The position numbers and the translations under genes were made by a program. Below, piece after piece: positions 38,101 to 50,772 of a stretch of 64,000 nucleotides of DNA. Positions within the stretch are counted from its first letter, which is position 1. Each line of letters begins with the position of its first letter. The stretch covers positions 8,696,011-8,760,010 of the forward strand of contig NW_002060945.1 of the NCBI RefSeq assembly GCF_000150275.1. The letters are read 5' to 3'. Below the pieces are notes generated by a model, which had not been told where the DNA came from, did not search any database, and worked only from the letters and a program-made list of their open reading frames with translations. This stretch comes from Trichoplax adhaerens. Taxonomy: Eukaryota; Animalia; Placozoa.

Positions 38101-40721
38101 GCATATTTAGTCCTGACGGGAAAGAAATTTTAGCCCAAGGTTATGATGGAGGATTACATGTGTGGAAAAATACTTCAGTCGAGGTATAAATTATTTATAA
38201 ATTTTCAGCTATTGGTAAAGATTATCTATGATAACTTTATCGTTGAGAACCCTCGCTAAAATTTTACAATTACAGGATGAACAATGGAAGCCTCAAGTGA
38301 CCGTTACTGGCCATTTTGCTCCAGTCCAGGTATTAGTTCAGTACTTATTATTATCATTTCAGTAAGTAAAGCATGTTTGGCTTTTTACTGTTATATGAAT
38401 TCAACTCAAGGCGTAACATAAAGTGCACTAATTTAATTGGCAGGATTTTGATTGGGAAGCATCACAAGGCTCTTTCCTAGTAACTGTTAGCTATGATCAA
38501 ACCACTAGAGTTCATGCACCATGGATTCAACAACAGAAAGAAGTAAATATCATTTCGTATGCATCATGCCTTCAGTTGCAAAATATGTATATCTACGATT
38601 ACTAATTTTAGCAATTTCCTTGATCTTCAGTCGTCCTGGCACGAAATTGCGCGACCACAGATTCATGGATATGATATGCAATGCGTATCGCTAACTGAAT
38701 GTAACCAAATTGTCTCAGGCGGAGAGGAGAAAGTAATTGGATCGATTACTATTTATATTATCTTAACAATATTCACTTCATTAAACTTTAATTTGCACTT
38801 AGGTTATTCGTGTATTCAATTCGCCAAAATTGTTTTCCAATACCTTGTCGGAGATTAGCCGAGTACAACTAGAATCTCTTAAAATTTCATCTGTTGTAGT
38901 AAGTATCAGCTTTACTGTGCATGTATCTAGGTTGCAGGTTCACATTAAAATGATACAACTATTCGATCTAATTTTAAGACTAGTACAGCTGCTTTAGGGG
39001 CAAGTGTTCCATCTTTAGGCCTATCAAACAAGGCAATGTATGACGGTATGCCAATTTTGTGGTTATACCTGGTCTTGTATGCAATGATTCAAATGTAAAG
39101 ATTGTTGATTACAGATCAAGAAAATCTTACAAGTAGTAATGAAGACTTTTCAGACCGGTTTAACATGATACCAACCGCATTTAAACCTGTTGATCTTAAA
39201 GGTTAAGATTACTACTAAATTTAAAGTGCAGTACCTAGTATAGCTTCCTTTTAATCTAATAATCCCATTTATTAACTTTATACATGCGACTTGTAGAACC
39301 CCCAACAGAATTATATTTACAACAGAACACACTCTGGCCTGAAATTCAAAAATTGTACTGTATTTTTTCATTTCTTTTATAGTAATAGTCTGATAAATTT
39401 TGAACATTTCATTCCTACTCCTTCATTTTCATAACTTCGTTATTTTACTGTAGGTATGGACATCCGTATGAGCTGTTTTGCCTAGCGTCTAATCCAAAGA
39501 GGCAACTTATTGCTTCAGCCTGCAAGGTTTATTCATCATATTGCTATACGATTACATGGATTTTTTGTTACAATTAATTGTATAGTTAGTAACTTTTGGT
39601 CGAAATTTGACAACAAGGCACGCAAACCCGAACATGCTTCTATCATTATTTGGGATACTCAGACATGGCGTCAAGCCTGTGAACCTTTATTATGTCATAA
39701 TTTGACTGTTACTCAAATGGCTTTTTCACATAACGGTGATTGGTTGTTATCGGTATCAAGGGATCGCGGCTGGTCACTGCATCAATTTACTAAATTGAGT
39801 AATAGTAAGGCGACAAAAATTTCTTGTTGTTTTTCTCAAGAAAGATATAACAAACTAAGCGTAATATCTTAAAACAGGAATATCATGTAAAAATGTTTAT
39901 CATGCCGCTTACAAAACCAGTAAGCATTCACGTATTATCTGGTCTTGTTCTTGGTCCCATGACGATAAATACTTTGCAACCGCATCAAGAGATAAAAAGG
40001 TACAACATACTAATCATTGTGATATAAAAGGAGTACTTGTATAATATTCTGGGATACGCGCATTCGCATTACATTTTAAATTTATGCTTACATCTTCAGG
40101 TTATTATATGGCATCAATCACAAAACAATGCCTGGATTCCCGCTTCAGTTGCATTAGAACTTTCAGATTCAGTTACTGCAGTGGATTTCGCTCCGGAATG
40201 CAGCAAAAGTGGAAAGTTAGTTCCAATTTCGTTATACTCTCAGATACAACTCCTTCAATAAGCCTTTTGTATTTTTAATTTATAATTGGCCTATTCCGTA
40301 ATCCGTACAGTACTATTTGGTGATTATTAGAGCTATGATTATACAATTTTACTTAACGCTTTTTAGGTACATCCTTTGTATAGGTCTTGATTGCGGTAAA
40401 ATCGAATTTTATACGTGGAATTTGGTGCAGCCCCATTGGCAGAACTGTTTTTCACTGCCCGAAAAGTATCTTTTCAATAGTTTCTGTATCGCCTACATTA
40501 TTCGTATACTATCTTTGCATTTTACTGGATTATGACGCCTTAATAAGTATATCAGTTATAATCATTCACTAACGGTGAAAAGGATCAGGTGGAGACCACT
40601 TTCGAAAGACATGAAAAGCGAGATTAAATCTGGATATGAGAATCAGACACTCCAAGTTGGCTGCTGTAGTACTGACCACTCTGTTCGTATTTTTACATTA
40701 GCATACAATGACTTCAGTTAA
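35189..40721 (+). CDS. ELP2: Elongator complex protein 2 (WD40 repeat)
   Basis: Exons: 35189-35350, 35582-35666, 36076-36134, 36566-36701, 36803-36907, 37002-37078, 37284-37353, 37429-37575, 37673-37771, 37866-37957, 38055-38183, 38276-38329, 38444-38542, 38631-38732, 38803-38898, 38979-39045, 39115-39201, 39297-39354, 39454-39526, 39618-39804, 39878-39999, 40100-40215, 40367-40465, 40556-40721. Motifs: [112 protein letters not shown]. Confidence 0.95.
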
Positions 40722-40920
40722 TACATTATATTGCTGCTTGGTGAGTTTTCAACAATGTCGCTTTTAAGTCATTCACAAATACATTCATGAAGATTCAATC
40801 AAGCGAAAATAACCTACGTAAGACTTTTTTGTATATAAATTATCCTGTTTTAGCGATCATGTCAATAAATGTTACAGAGCGAAGAAAAATTAAATGATTT
40901 TAAGCTATCGCTAATACGAC

Positions 40921-41283
40921 GTAGAAATGATGAATATACCGATGATGTACAGAATTTTATTGTTAAGATTTAAATGTAATGTCTAATGTTTTGCCTCCTT
41001 CAAAGGACGCTAGTGATACAAATAATGCATTCTAAATAGATAGATTAGAAAAACTCAAGCGCTACCGTAATTTAAGAAGATTTATTGTTTATTAAAATCT
41101 TATTTACCCGATAGTTATGTTTAGGCTAGTCCCAGGAACTGCGTATTTCATACAGACCGCAACAGTTGTATCAAATCTAGTACTGAGTAGAATGATTTGA
41201 TGAATACATCGATAAAGTACAGTACAGGCTTTTATTAATATTTAAATGCGATGTCTAATGTTTAGCTCCCTCGAAGGATGCTA
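40921..41283. repeat. Diverged ~90-bp direct duplication downstream of ELP2
   Basis: 40921-41012 (GTAGAAATGATGAATA...TTTAAATGTAATGTCTAATGTTTTGCCTCCTTCAAAGGACGCTA) versus 41187-41283 (GTAGAATGATTTGATGAATA...TTTAAATGCGATGTCTAATGTTTAGCTCCCTCGAAGGATGCTA). Confidence 0.7.
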
Positions 41284-44200
41284 CAAATAGAAACGATCTA
41301 TTTTAGATCAAGTTCTCAACAGTATCATGCTCAACTGATACGATTATGATAAATCAATATTATCATGACTTCAAATTTCCTTCTCTGATGTGTTCATAAT
41401 CTCTCATCACCTGCCTAGACTTGATGACCTTAAATTAAAACACTCTCGCAATTATAATAATCGCTAGAAAATATCATAAAAGAATTGATTAAGGACAAGT
41501 AGCCAATCTTTAACCTTAACCTTACTCGTATAATGAGATTAACACTATAGAATACTAAATTATATAAAGGATTTTAGGAATAGCGTAGAGTATGCTGCAG
41601 TAAGGAGAAGCGAGGCGTCTTTCTTATCTTATCTTTGCCATGATTAAGAATAACTAAAAAGTAGTATAGGCGAAATTCTCAGAACAATATTAGATCTAAA
41701 ATCTAGCTTTTTTGTCTCTCATGGTTTCTACAATTAACGAATTCTTAAACACTAAAGAATAATTTAATAAAGATATGAACGAAGTTTCTAATAATTATAA
41801 TAGAGGTTATGGCTGTTCTATTTTTTATTTCTTTGGTGATGAGAAGACAATACGCGAGATATCATGATAAGAAGGCTGTATCTAGTAAAGCAAAGCATTA
41901 CATTTGAAATTTAGACCCTGCTACCTATCAGTGTACAGTATACTAGGAATATTTCACTCTACGGTATACATTTTCATATAGTCTGATATATTATTTTACC
42001 AGTATAGAGAACACACCAGTCGCTCTTCTAAACATGGCTAAATAATTAGTTTTGATCAGCTATACTATATCTGTAACCGAGAATAGAAGATAAACCATAA
42101 GGCTAGTAATCGGGATGAATACTATTGTTGATACGTATGTTCATACCTGTAGTGATAATTAGTTTTAAATACATAAATACATAAGTTACTGCAACTAATT
42201 ATTAATTAAATTGCATCATCTGTATTTATTTGAAATTATTAACAATTACGCTAATTACATCATATTTCTCAGCTCATGGCTACTAATTAATATAGAATCA
42301 CAACTTCACGTAATCTCTAATTCTATCATTCTAAAATCAGACCATTCGTTCGATTGTTATTAGTTAATATAGATAGATATTTTTTGGTTAAAGGCCAATA
42401 GGATCCAAATCATAATTATAAATATTTATCTTAATCTTAATTAATGTTACGACCAGTACTATTCTAGTTGTTATCCCTTCTATAGAAAATTTTTCTAATT
42501 ACTGAAAGTCAATCAAGCCAACCGAGTTTTTCGGATGCTGTACCACCCTTAAATCTTGGGAAGTGCACTATTGGATAATTAGTTTATATATTGACTTTAG
42601 TTATATTCCCGATAGTTGATTTAATTGATTAATTAATATCGCTTGGGAAATAAAATAACAAAACTTGCTCGGCCTGATCAATAATGCTGTCAGTATTCGT
42701 ATTACCTAGTAACGTAGCAAGCGTTAAGGTATTATATTTTAATATTATATAAATACTATCAGAAAATCAGAATTTTAAAAACAGACTTGCTATTTATATT
42801 AATTATAGCTTACGATATACCAGTAATAAGCAATATTCCATTTATACATTAACGATAATGTAGCATAATCGATATTGATTTGAAAATTCTTTGTACTAAA
42901 CATCTTAAAATTACCGTTAAACAAATATTTTCCTCTGGTGTTCTATAGCTTCAGAGGGAAAAAGTTGATTAATTGCCAAGAAGTGAGTATCGATACTACT
43001 AATCAGCCATTATCTCTTAAAAATTAACTAATTTAGTTATGCAGAAGTGAGTTATATCCACTTCAGGGAAGATAATTGATTAATTGCCCGCTGATTACAG
43101 AAATAAAATTGCTAGAAATAGCTGCGAATGGATTTGTAAAGAGGCAAAGTAGCATATTGCGCTGCATGGTAAAGTTTCAGTTAACTCCTACATTATTCAG
43201 CATTTGTTTTGCCATGAGGTCATAAGTATAATGCGGCATCTTCGAAAACTATGAATAAATTTTAATTAATTATGTGGCTGTTATTAAATTAATTGACTAA
43301 TTGTTGATGAAATGTTTGAAGGAGCAGATTACGGAACCGATAGGTTTTATTGCTCGAAAATTTATTATAGTAAATATAATTTTACCAGTACATTTACGGC
43401 ATGTTCGAATTATTTGATAACTACAGAGCATCATCTAAATACTTTGATGGCTAAAGTAAACTAAATCATTTACTGTGATAAAGTTCATAAATGCAAAACG
43501 TCTATCTATCGTTGACCTCGTGCTCTACATAAAATTGTAAGCTGTACCTTGAGAAGCATCATAACGATGCTACGATTATTTACTCGCACAGTATTTATTT
43601 ACTTTACCGCTAACTTTAGTGACTTAATATTCAAGCAGTGACGTACCAGCAGATGGTATGGTAAACTTAATTTAGAGATATAATAATGGTCAATCCATAG
43701 AAGAAAGCTTGCCGCATGGATATCCAGCTTTTGGATTAGTGCGGAGGGCAGTGCAAGTAACATCACTAAAGCAGAGTGTAATGACTGTGTAATAGTCTTC
43801 TACTATTACTATAAGTTAGGCATAGATAAATTGTAGTTATTATGAACCTGTAAATTTGCGCGATAATAATAACGGTGATATTATCCATATTGACGTGCAA
43901 ATTTTTAATTAGTATAAAAAATTTCTATTACGTGACGAATCCAACTATCTCATCCTACCTTAGAAAATTCATAAGCAATTGGTTATTTTACATAAGCAAA
44001 CCAATCCAAAATTAAATTATACATAATCTATAATTTAAGGATGTTTTGGATACATATATAACATATACATATAAATGGACGCGCGCAAGTTAGAATGCTC
44101 ATGACAAATAGTTATGTGCCAATGAATTTTCACTGTGCATGATACTGCTGTAATTTAATTTATTTAATAACGAGGGATATGTGGCGAGGGTAAATTTATA

Positions 44201-44892
44201 CGTATCAGACAAGGCACGGCGATACAGACAGTTTCTAGTAGCTTGTTTCGATTTTTACCTGAAATGCTATTGTGCTTTGCCTTAGCGCAATAGTTTTAAG
44301 CTATACGGTGAATCAAATTAAAACTAGATTGAAAAAACTGCATTACTAAATAAATATATCATGCAGACATGCACTCGTCTTCGTATATATACAACACAGG
44401 TATTTTAACTAAATCGTAAGCTGTACATCGCATGTTACTTTATTTAAAATTTTACCGGAAGCGAGTTGTAATAATAAATCTTGAATACGGCAAGAGTACT
44501 TTTATTTGGGCATTTGTGTCGTTGTTTAATAATAATAATATTAATAATTGATAAATGGAGCGAGAATCTGTTCCTTAAAATCATATTAATCAAATAGAAA
44601 ATCGTAATTATTAAAAAGTAATCATGTCACCCATATTAATGAGAAAGATCATCGGTAAATTATTGAATATGTTAGTACCCTGTACATAATTATATTTACA
44701 AAAACTCTACCCTGTTACTATAATTAGAGCGGAAATTTTGTAAAATATGTGAAATAGATATTTGCATGATCGAAAATTCGATAATAGAAGTAATATTACT
44801 GTGCTAGTTCTTTTACATCATTTGAAAAATAATACAGGGTGTGCATTGTGCAATTAAAAATCATCCTACCTAAATAACATATATTATAAAAT

Positions 44893-47800
44893 CTAGAAAT
44901 TTCTAACATAGCTACTGCAGGGTAAGCCACTCATAACCACTTTACCAGATTCATTGAAAGGTTCATAGAAAGTAGATCTCATAATTTTCTGGGTTGCCTA
45001 AAGGTTGACATTGCGTGGAGAGTAGATGTTATTAATTTTAAAATGGTAATGAAGGCATATTGCTGCGTCATGAAGGAAGAGTGAGTCGTACAAGCAGTAA
45101 ATTATATTTAGTTTCTACAGCTGTGAAGAAAAAACTCACCGAGTAAATATTATACATGCACGAGCTGGCATTCGCTTTTAAGAAATGGTCCGTGAAAGAT
45201 TTTCCATCGCTGTAGTCGTCAACACCTGAGGCTGCATAGACGGCAACATTATCGAGTTTAGCATGGCGGATTTTCTTCACCAGTATGCCGGCATAGCTTT
45301 GATCAATTAGCAAAACAATTAATCTGGCTTTTCTGCATCGAATCAAGGAAGTAACAATTTCGCTAGGAGAATAACGTTCATAATTTTCAGCTTGACCATG
45401 TCCATCATGATCCCACATTAATATTGAACCATCACTCATGGTTGGACTGTTCATGTAAATGAATAGTGTGTAGACATTGCAAAATTGGCAGAGTCTTTTA
45501 ATCGCATCTTTAACAAATACATCGCGATTAGCAGGTCTTGCAGTGTCTATATGATTGCCATCACCGTTTACTGGTTAAATAGACAGGAATATATAATTAT
45601 GTTAGGCATGTACACATTATTAATAGATATTACTACGCTTTGAGTTATTTTTGATCTAAAATTCATATATTGTATCAATCAATTAGGAAAATAGCGTTGT
45701 GAAGAATCCTTGAAAAAGAAACAAAAGGGTCTATGCAGGTAACTTATTTACATGACAGGACTGCCATAAGTGAAATACTGCAATAGTAGTTTTAGAGATT
45801 CTGTCGAATTAATGATATCAAAATTTATCTAGGTTAATAACTCCGTCGCTATCGTTATTTTCAGTGTTAGGGTTATGATCCTAATAAACTATTAAGAGGT
45901 AACGCAACAGCTATCTATCGTAAACATGTGAATCAACGACGCGATTTAGTAAATCATTATTATAACGGATATGAAATTGGTTGAATTACGGATACTGGTA
46001 AGTTCTACAGAATGACTTCGATTATGCTATACTTATTTATATGCCTACAGTTGCGATCTATGGGGAGATTTCCAAGTTTGCAAATAACTTGTCCAATTTT
46101 TAATATGCGGAGTGGGTTGAAAAGTTCTATGTCAACCCTTCATTGGTTCATTAATTATACGTACAATGATATCATCAAGCATAGGCTGCGGTTATGATCA
46201 GCTTCTTTTTGAGCTATTTACAGTACAGTACTGTCATGGGTGAATTCATGAATCAGTCTATAGGCGGAATAGGGGATTACTTTGCCAGTAAAATATTCCC
46301 AATGCAAAGATAGTCCAAGATATTGCCCTATCTTTAGTAGAAGGTATCACGTATTTCCGATGGTCCTTGTTCTATTCAATTAAGCTTATTGAAAAACAGC
46401 GTGTGGGATCTTCTCAGTATGATCAGATTGGCTATATAATTGACTTTATTATCTTCTCGCATAGATTAGCAAATAATAAACAAAAATGAAGGCCGATTTA
46501 CGTAGTACTGTAGAGTACAGTATGTTTGATATTGACTGATTTCATCTTTACTATTGTATACGTAATCCGTCAGTAAACTATTTGGATTGTTCTCTAATTC
46601 TAATTAGTATTGATTGAATAGGCGATCGATTAAAGTCAATTTAATATTGTGTTGACTGTAGTTATTTTGGTTGCTAATAGCAAAAACATTGTAACACTAT
46701 TGCGCTAATGAAGAGACGTTATTTCCAGTTCATTACTGCAGTATAGCCGATAGTCTTCATCACGACCTTTGTTGTATAGCCTGTGATGCATGGTTATTTC
46801 GAAAATTTTATAGCTAACACTATCGCCAATTCCTGTTGTATCCTAGGAGTTGTAGGTAGAAAATATTGACTGGCCAACAGATTACAAAATCACCAGTGAT
46901 ACAGCTTATATGATCTAATATACGAGTATATCAACATGCGCTAAGAAAAACATCGGTAATATCATTGTCCTATTAATCAAAGATCCAATAGCCGTTGGTT
47001 ATTGGAACATCTAGTTAGTTTTATATTGTACGCGTACGTCTATTTCTTCATTTGAAATAGCATCCATCAAATTAGCAAATGGCGAGATAACGAGACGTAA
47101 TTGGGTATTTTTCTGGAAAGTAATTTATCCCTTTGGCCTTGATAGACATTAGCCCATGCATAAGATACACACACTATCGCAAACATGGGATTAGCATCCA
47201 TCAAATTAGCAAATGGCGAGATAATGAGACGTAATTGGGTGTTTTTCTTAAAGTAATTTATCCATTTGGCCTTGATAGACATGCACGGATACGAACAATA
47301 TCGCAAACATGGGATTAACATCAATCAAACTAGCAATTGGCGAGATATTGAGATGTAATTGGGTGTTTTTCTTGAAAGCAACTCATCCCTTGGCCTTGAT
47401 AGACATTAGCCCATGCATACGATACGCACACTATCGCAAACATGGGATTAACATCCATCAAATTAGCAATTGGCGAGATATTGGGTCGTAATTGGCTGTT
47501 TTTCTTGAAAGTAATCTACTCATTTAGCCTTGATAGACATTAGGCCATGTATAAGATACGAATAATATCGCAAACATGGAATTAACATCAATCAAATTAG
47601 CAATTGGCGGGATATTGAGACGTAATTGGCTGTTTTTCTTGAAAGTAATTTATCCCTTTGGCCTTGATAGACATTAGCCCATGCATACGATACGAATAAT
47701 ATCGCAAACATGGGATGATTGTCATTGAATAGCTGACCACATGGAGTTTGGGTGACAAACAACCGGTAGTTGTTTTGTGGTTGGAAAATGGTTGAAGCGC

Positions 47801-50772
47801 AACAGAAGAATGATTTGTGAAATGACGTGTAGGCTGACGATAACGTGATACAACACAGAGATAGTGATGCTATCCAATATTCTATTGGTGGATTAGCATG
47901 TTATCCGATAGGGTGTTATTGGTTGGCATTTGACGTCGCAAGATAGTGTAGGAGGAGGAGGATGATGATCAAACTTAGACATACTGTACGGTACAACATT
48001 CTCTTGATCGCGTCTGTCACATGGGAATAGTGCGTCCTCTCTGATGGACCTTTGGAAACTAGATACCTGAAATTCAATAGTACAGTATTATATTATTTTA
48101 GATCACGTCTGTTGCATGACAATTCTAGTCTTGCTTCATTCAAGTTGAGGCAATGAATGATGCGCTAAGGCAACCACTAGACGCGTGGGTTGTAGGTCTT
48201 TTTTTTTTTTAGTAATCCATGGCTGAATGAAGCACTGGTGATGACTTGTGACTGAATGACGTTTCTCAACATGTTGTTGGATGATATCACGTTGACGTGA
48301 ATGCTAATCAATCTTGTCAATGGACGACGATTCAGTTATCAATGTTATCAGAGGTAAAACAACTTCACATCTGTCAAGTCATTCATCTATCCTTGTCACC
48401 CATGACTCACCAAACTTCAATCGCAGATGCAATTCACTCCACTACATTGTATATCGGTCACTGATGTTTTATCCTACGCTTCTCCACACAAAAGGTCATT
48501 CGTCATCAATGACTCACAGCCGATCGGTGTCAATACGCATTTTTCAGGCGTCACTCCAATCGGGATCGTTGCAGGCACGTCAATTGAACCACTCGTATAC
48601 GCTACAGCCATAGCGGTTCTCCTTACTTTTTTATTCTTTTTTTTTATGGCTACAGCAGGTGCCTTGAAATTGATCCTTGATCACTCAAAGCAATGCTCGA
48701 TTGGGACAAACTTGCAACCCCAATTTTCCCTTAATCTTATTCAGGCTAAATTGTTCAAATGAAACCTTGGAATAATTGGATCGAATCAGCTTATGATCGT
48801 TCGTATTTTGAGGTGTTGGATGCAAAGAGAAGGGATCGATAGACTATGCTACTCCTGTTCTATCGACGGAGTCTATTGTAGATTGAAAATTACCAGTGTC
48901 TATAAGGTTTGAAAGCAAGAAAAGGATAGCAGTTGCTGCATATTTTGGATGCAAAGAGAAGGGATCGATAGACTATGCTACTCCTGTTCTATCGACGGAG
49001 TCTATTGTAGATTGAAAAATACCAGTGTCTATAGGGTTTGAAAGCAAGAAAAGGATAGCAGTTGCTGCATAGTTCTAAAACACATTGGAACTAAGACGAT
49101 ACAATGCTTGATCATAACAGAAAGTATGGTCAGTGGTCACGTTGATGTGAATATGCTGTACTTACAATCAATGACTCCATAATGGCCAAAAAATGTCTGT
49201 ACATGATTCACAGGATAGCGATGAACTCGAGTCAGTGCTTGCCACATGCGTCTTACATTCGATTCGGCATGAACGGAGAGTGTTTGATCATTCCATCCCG
49301 ACGATAATAGAATGGCATAGTTCTCCGTTGGATTATATTGCCTCGGACATTCTAATGTTCGTTGAGCTTGAATAGACGCTCTCCCTAAATGACATGTACC
49401 CGAATTCTGGCAATCTTTAGGAGTAGGAATAGCGTCTCTTAGTGCTACTTCACGACACTGACCAAATCCAGAAAAATTACTGTAACACAATAATTGTTGA
49501 CTAGTATATAAGTCGTTGGCGTAATAAACCAGCGGCAAAATGTCCGTATCGCAACGTCGTTTATAATCTTTATAGCTTTCTCTTTCGTTAGGGCATTCGC
49601 TCTTGGTAATCATAATTAAACATTCTTTGTTGCCTACATTACAATTTGAATCATAGGAGAATAAAGTGAAAATTGAATCGTTGCCAACAAGTGATGCACA
49701 ATTTTCTATCTACTCAATGAATATGTTTGCAGAACTGTCATTAACAAACAAAGCAAATTCAAATGTCAAAGTCAAATTAGACAATTTAAAAAATGAGCGT
49801 GAAAATAGTTCAAGGCGACTAAATATCGTCGATCAAGCTAGTTAGTAGTGGTTGAGCTTTTACAGTAATCGCTTTGCAATCTCATTAGTCAAAAATAGCG
49901 TTGAAATTGGACCGCTATGACTTCAAAGGCAATGTTAAAAAGTACTAATACGTGCAATACTCTACGTATATGCTGCCAGGGTGATATTTTGATCAATGTA
50001 TATATATATACTGTATATAGACATTACGACTACGATACATTGATTACTTGTAGGCGGAATTAGCAATAACATTGTACTTGTCCTTTTCCAGGTTTACATC
50101 ATGCTTGACTAGGATAAATTTATAATTGACTGTTAACTCGAATTCCAAGTATCTGGTTTTTTTTTTATCAGTCTACGATAGCTTATGATCTATCCTAACA
50201 AATGTACTGTACTGTACATCAAAAGCTTAATTTGATCAATTTTCAAAGGTTATATACGCCTATGCTTATTACGCCACTGTCAAGTAGAAGATCCTTCTTT
50301 TTAAATAATCACTATGATTGCCAATACCAATGTATTGGCCATGACGAGCTCGACATTCTACTTGACCCAAATTTCCGTGTATAGCAAATATGAACAGTCG
50401 ATGACCAAAGGAAAGCTTAGGAAACGGATCGATGACAATAATGGCATCATTCAAATATTTCTGACTCTCATACTGCTTACGAGGCAATACAAGACGATAT
50501 TTTTCTGGATAACTGGAGTTTCCTTGATGATATGCCAAATAAATGTTCATATCAGATCTTTTGGTGACTCGAAATTTACGACAGTTTCGATGGCTCATTA
50601 ACATCTGACATTGGATAGAATAGATGTAGTTGTAGGCAACATTTGCCCATTTCTCTCGATGATCTGGTAATGTTTGTAAATTTGACTGAATAACTCCTGC
50701 AATAACTAAGTTAGCTTGCCAAGTTGACCAACATGCTATCACCAACACAATCCAGGCTTGTAGCGACGACAT
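44893..50772 (-). CDS. Uncharacterised secreted protein (~482 aa): signal peptide, Cys-rich N-domain and inactive legumain/GPI8-like (peptidase C13) domain
   Basis: Four phase-compatible exons 50772-50328, 49633-49166, 45570-45140, 44997-44893 (1449 nt, stop TAG) with canonical splice sites. Signal-peptide-like MSSLQAWIVLVIACWSTWQANLVIAG. C13-like elements in the expected order: NYAILLSSG, NVRRMWQAL..HRYPVNHVQTF, TLFIYMNSP, LIVLLIDQSYAG, NVAVYAAS. Fold assignment is by motif recognition, not a search. Confidence 0.8.
47059..47715. repeat. Tandem array D, ~133-bp unit, 5 copies (intron 2 of the C13-like gene)
   Basis: Unit CATC(C/A)ATCAAATTAGCAA...GGCCTTGATAGACAT...TATCGCAAACATGGGATT starting at about 47059, 47193, 47318, 47451, 47584. 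Confidence 0.9.
48816..49071. repeat. Tandem duplication E, ~129-bp unit, 2 copies
   Basis: TTGGATGCAAAGAGAAGGGATCGATAGAC...GCAGTTGCTGCATA at 48816 and 48945, nearly identical. Confidence 0.9.

Noticed and set aside
42949-43090. Repeated CTTCAG..GGGAA..TTGATTAATTGCC motif (2 copies) as MITE ends
   Set aside because: Direct rather than inverted repeats, with no target-site duplication; likely a small old duplication.
48100-48630. Minus frame with many TGA codons suggesting TGA=Trp recoding or an organellar insertion
   Set aside because: TAA and TAG also occur, and the stop density (~10 in 170 codons) is about what random sequence gives.
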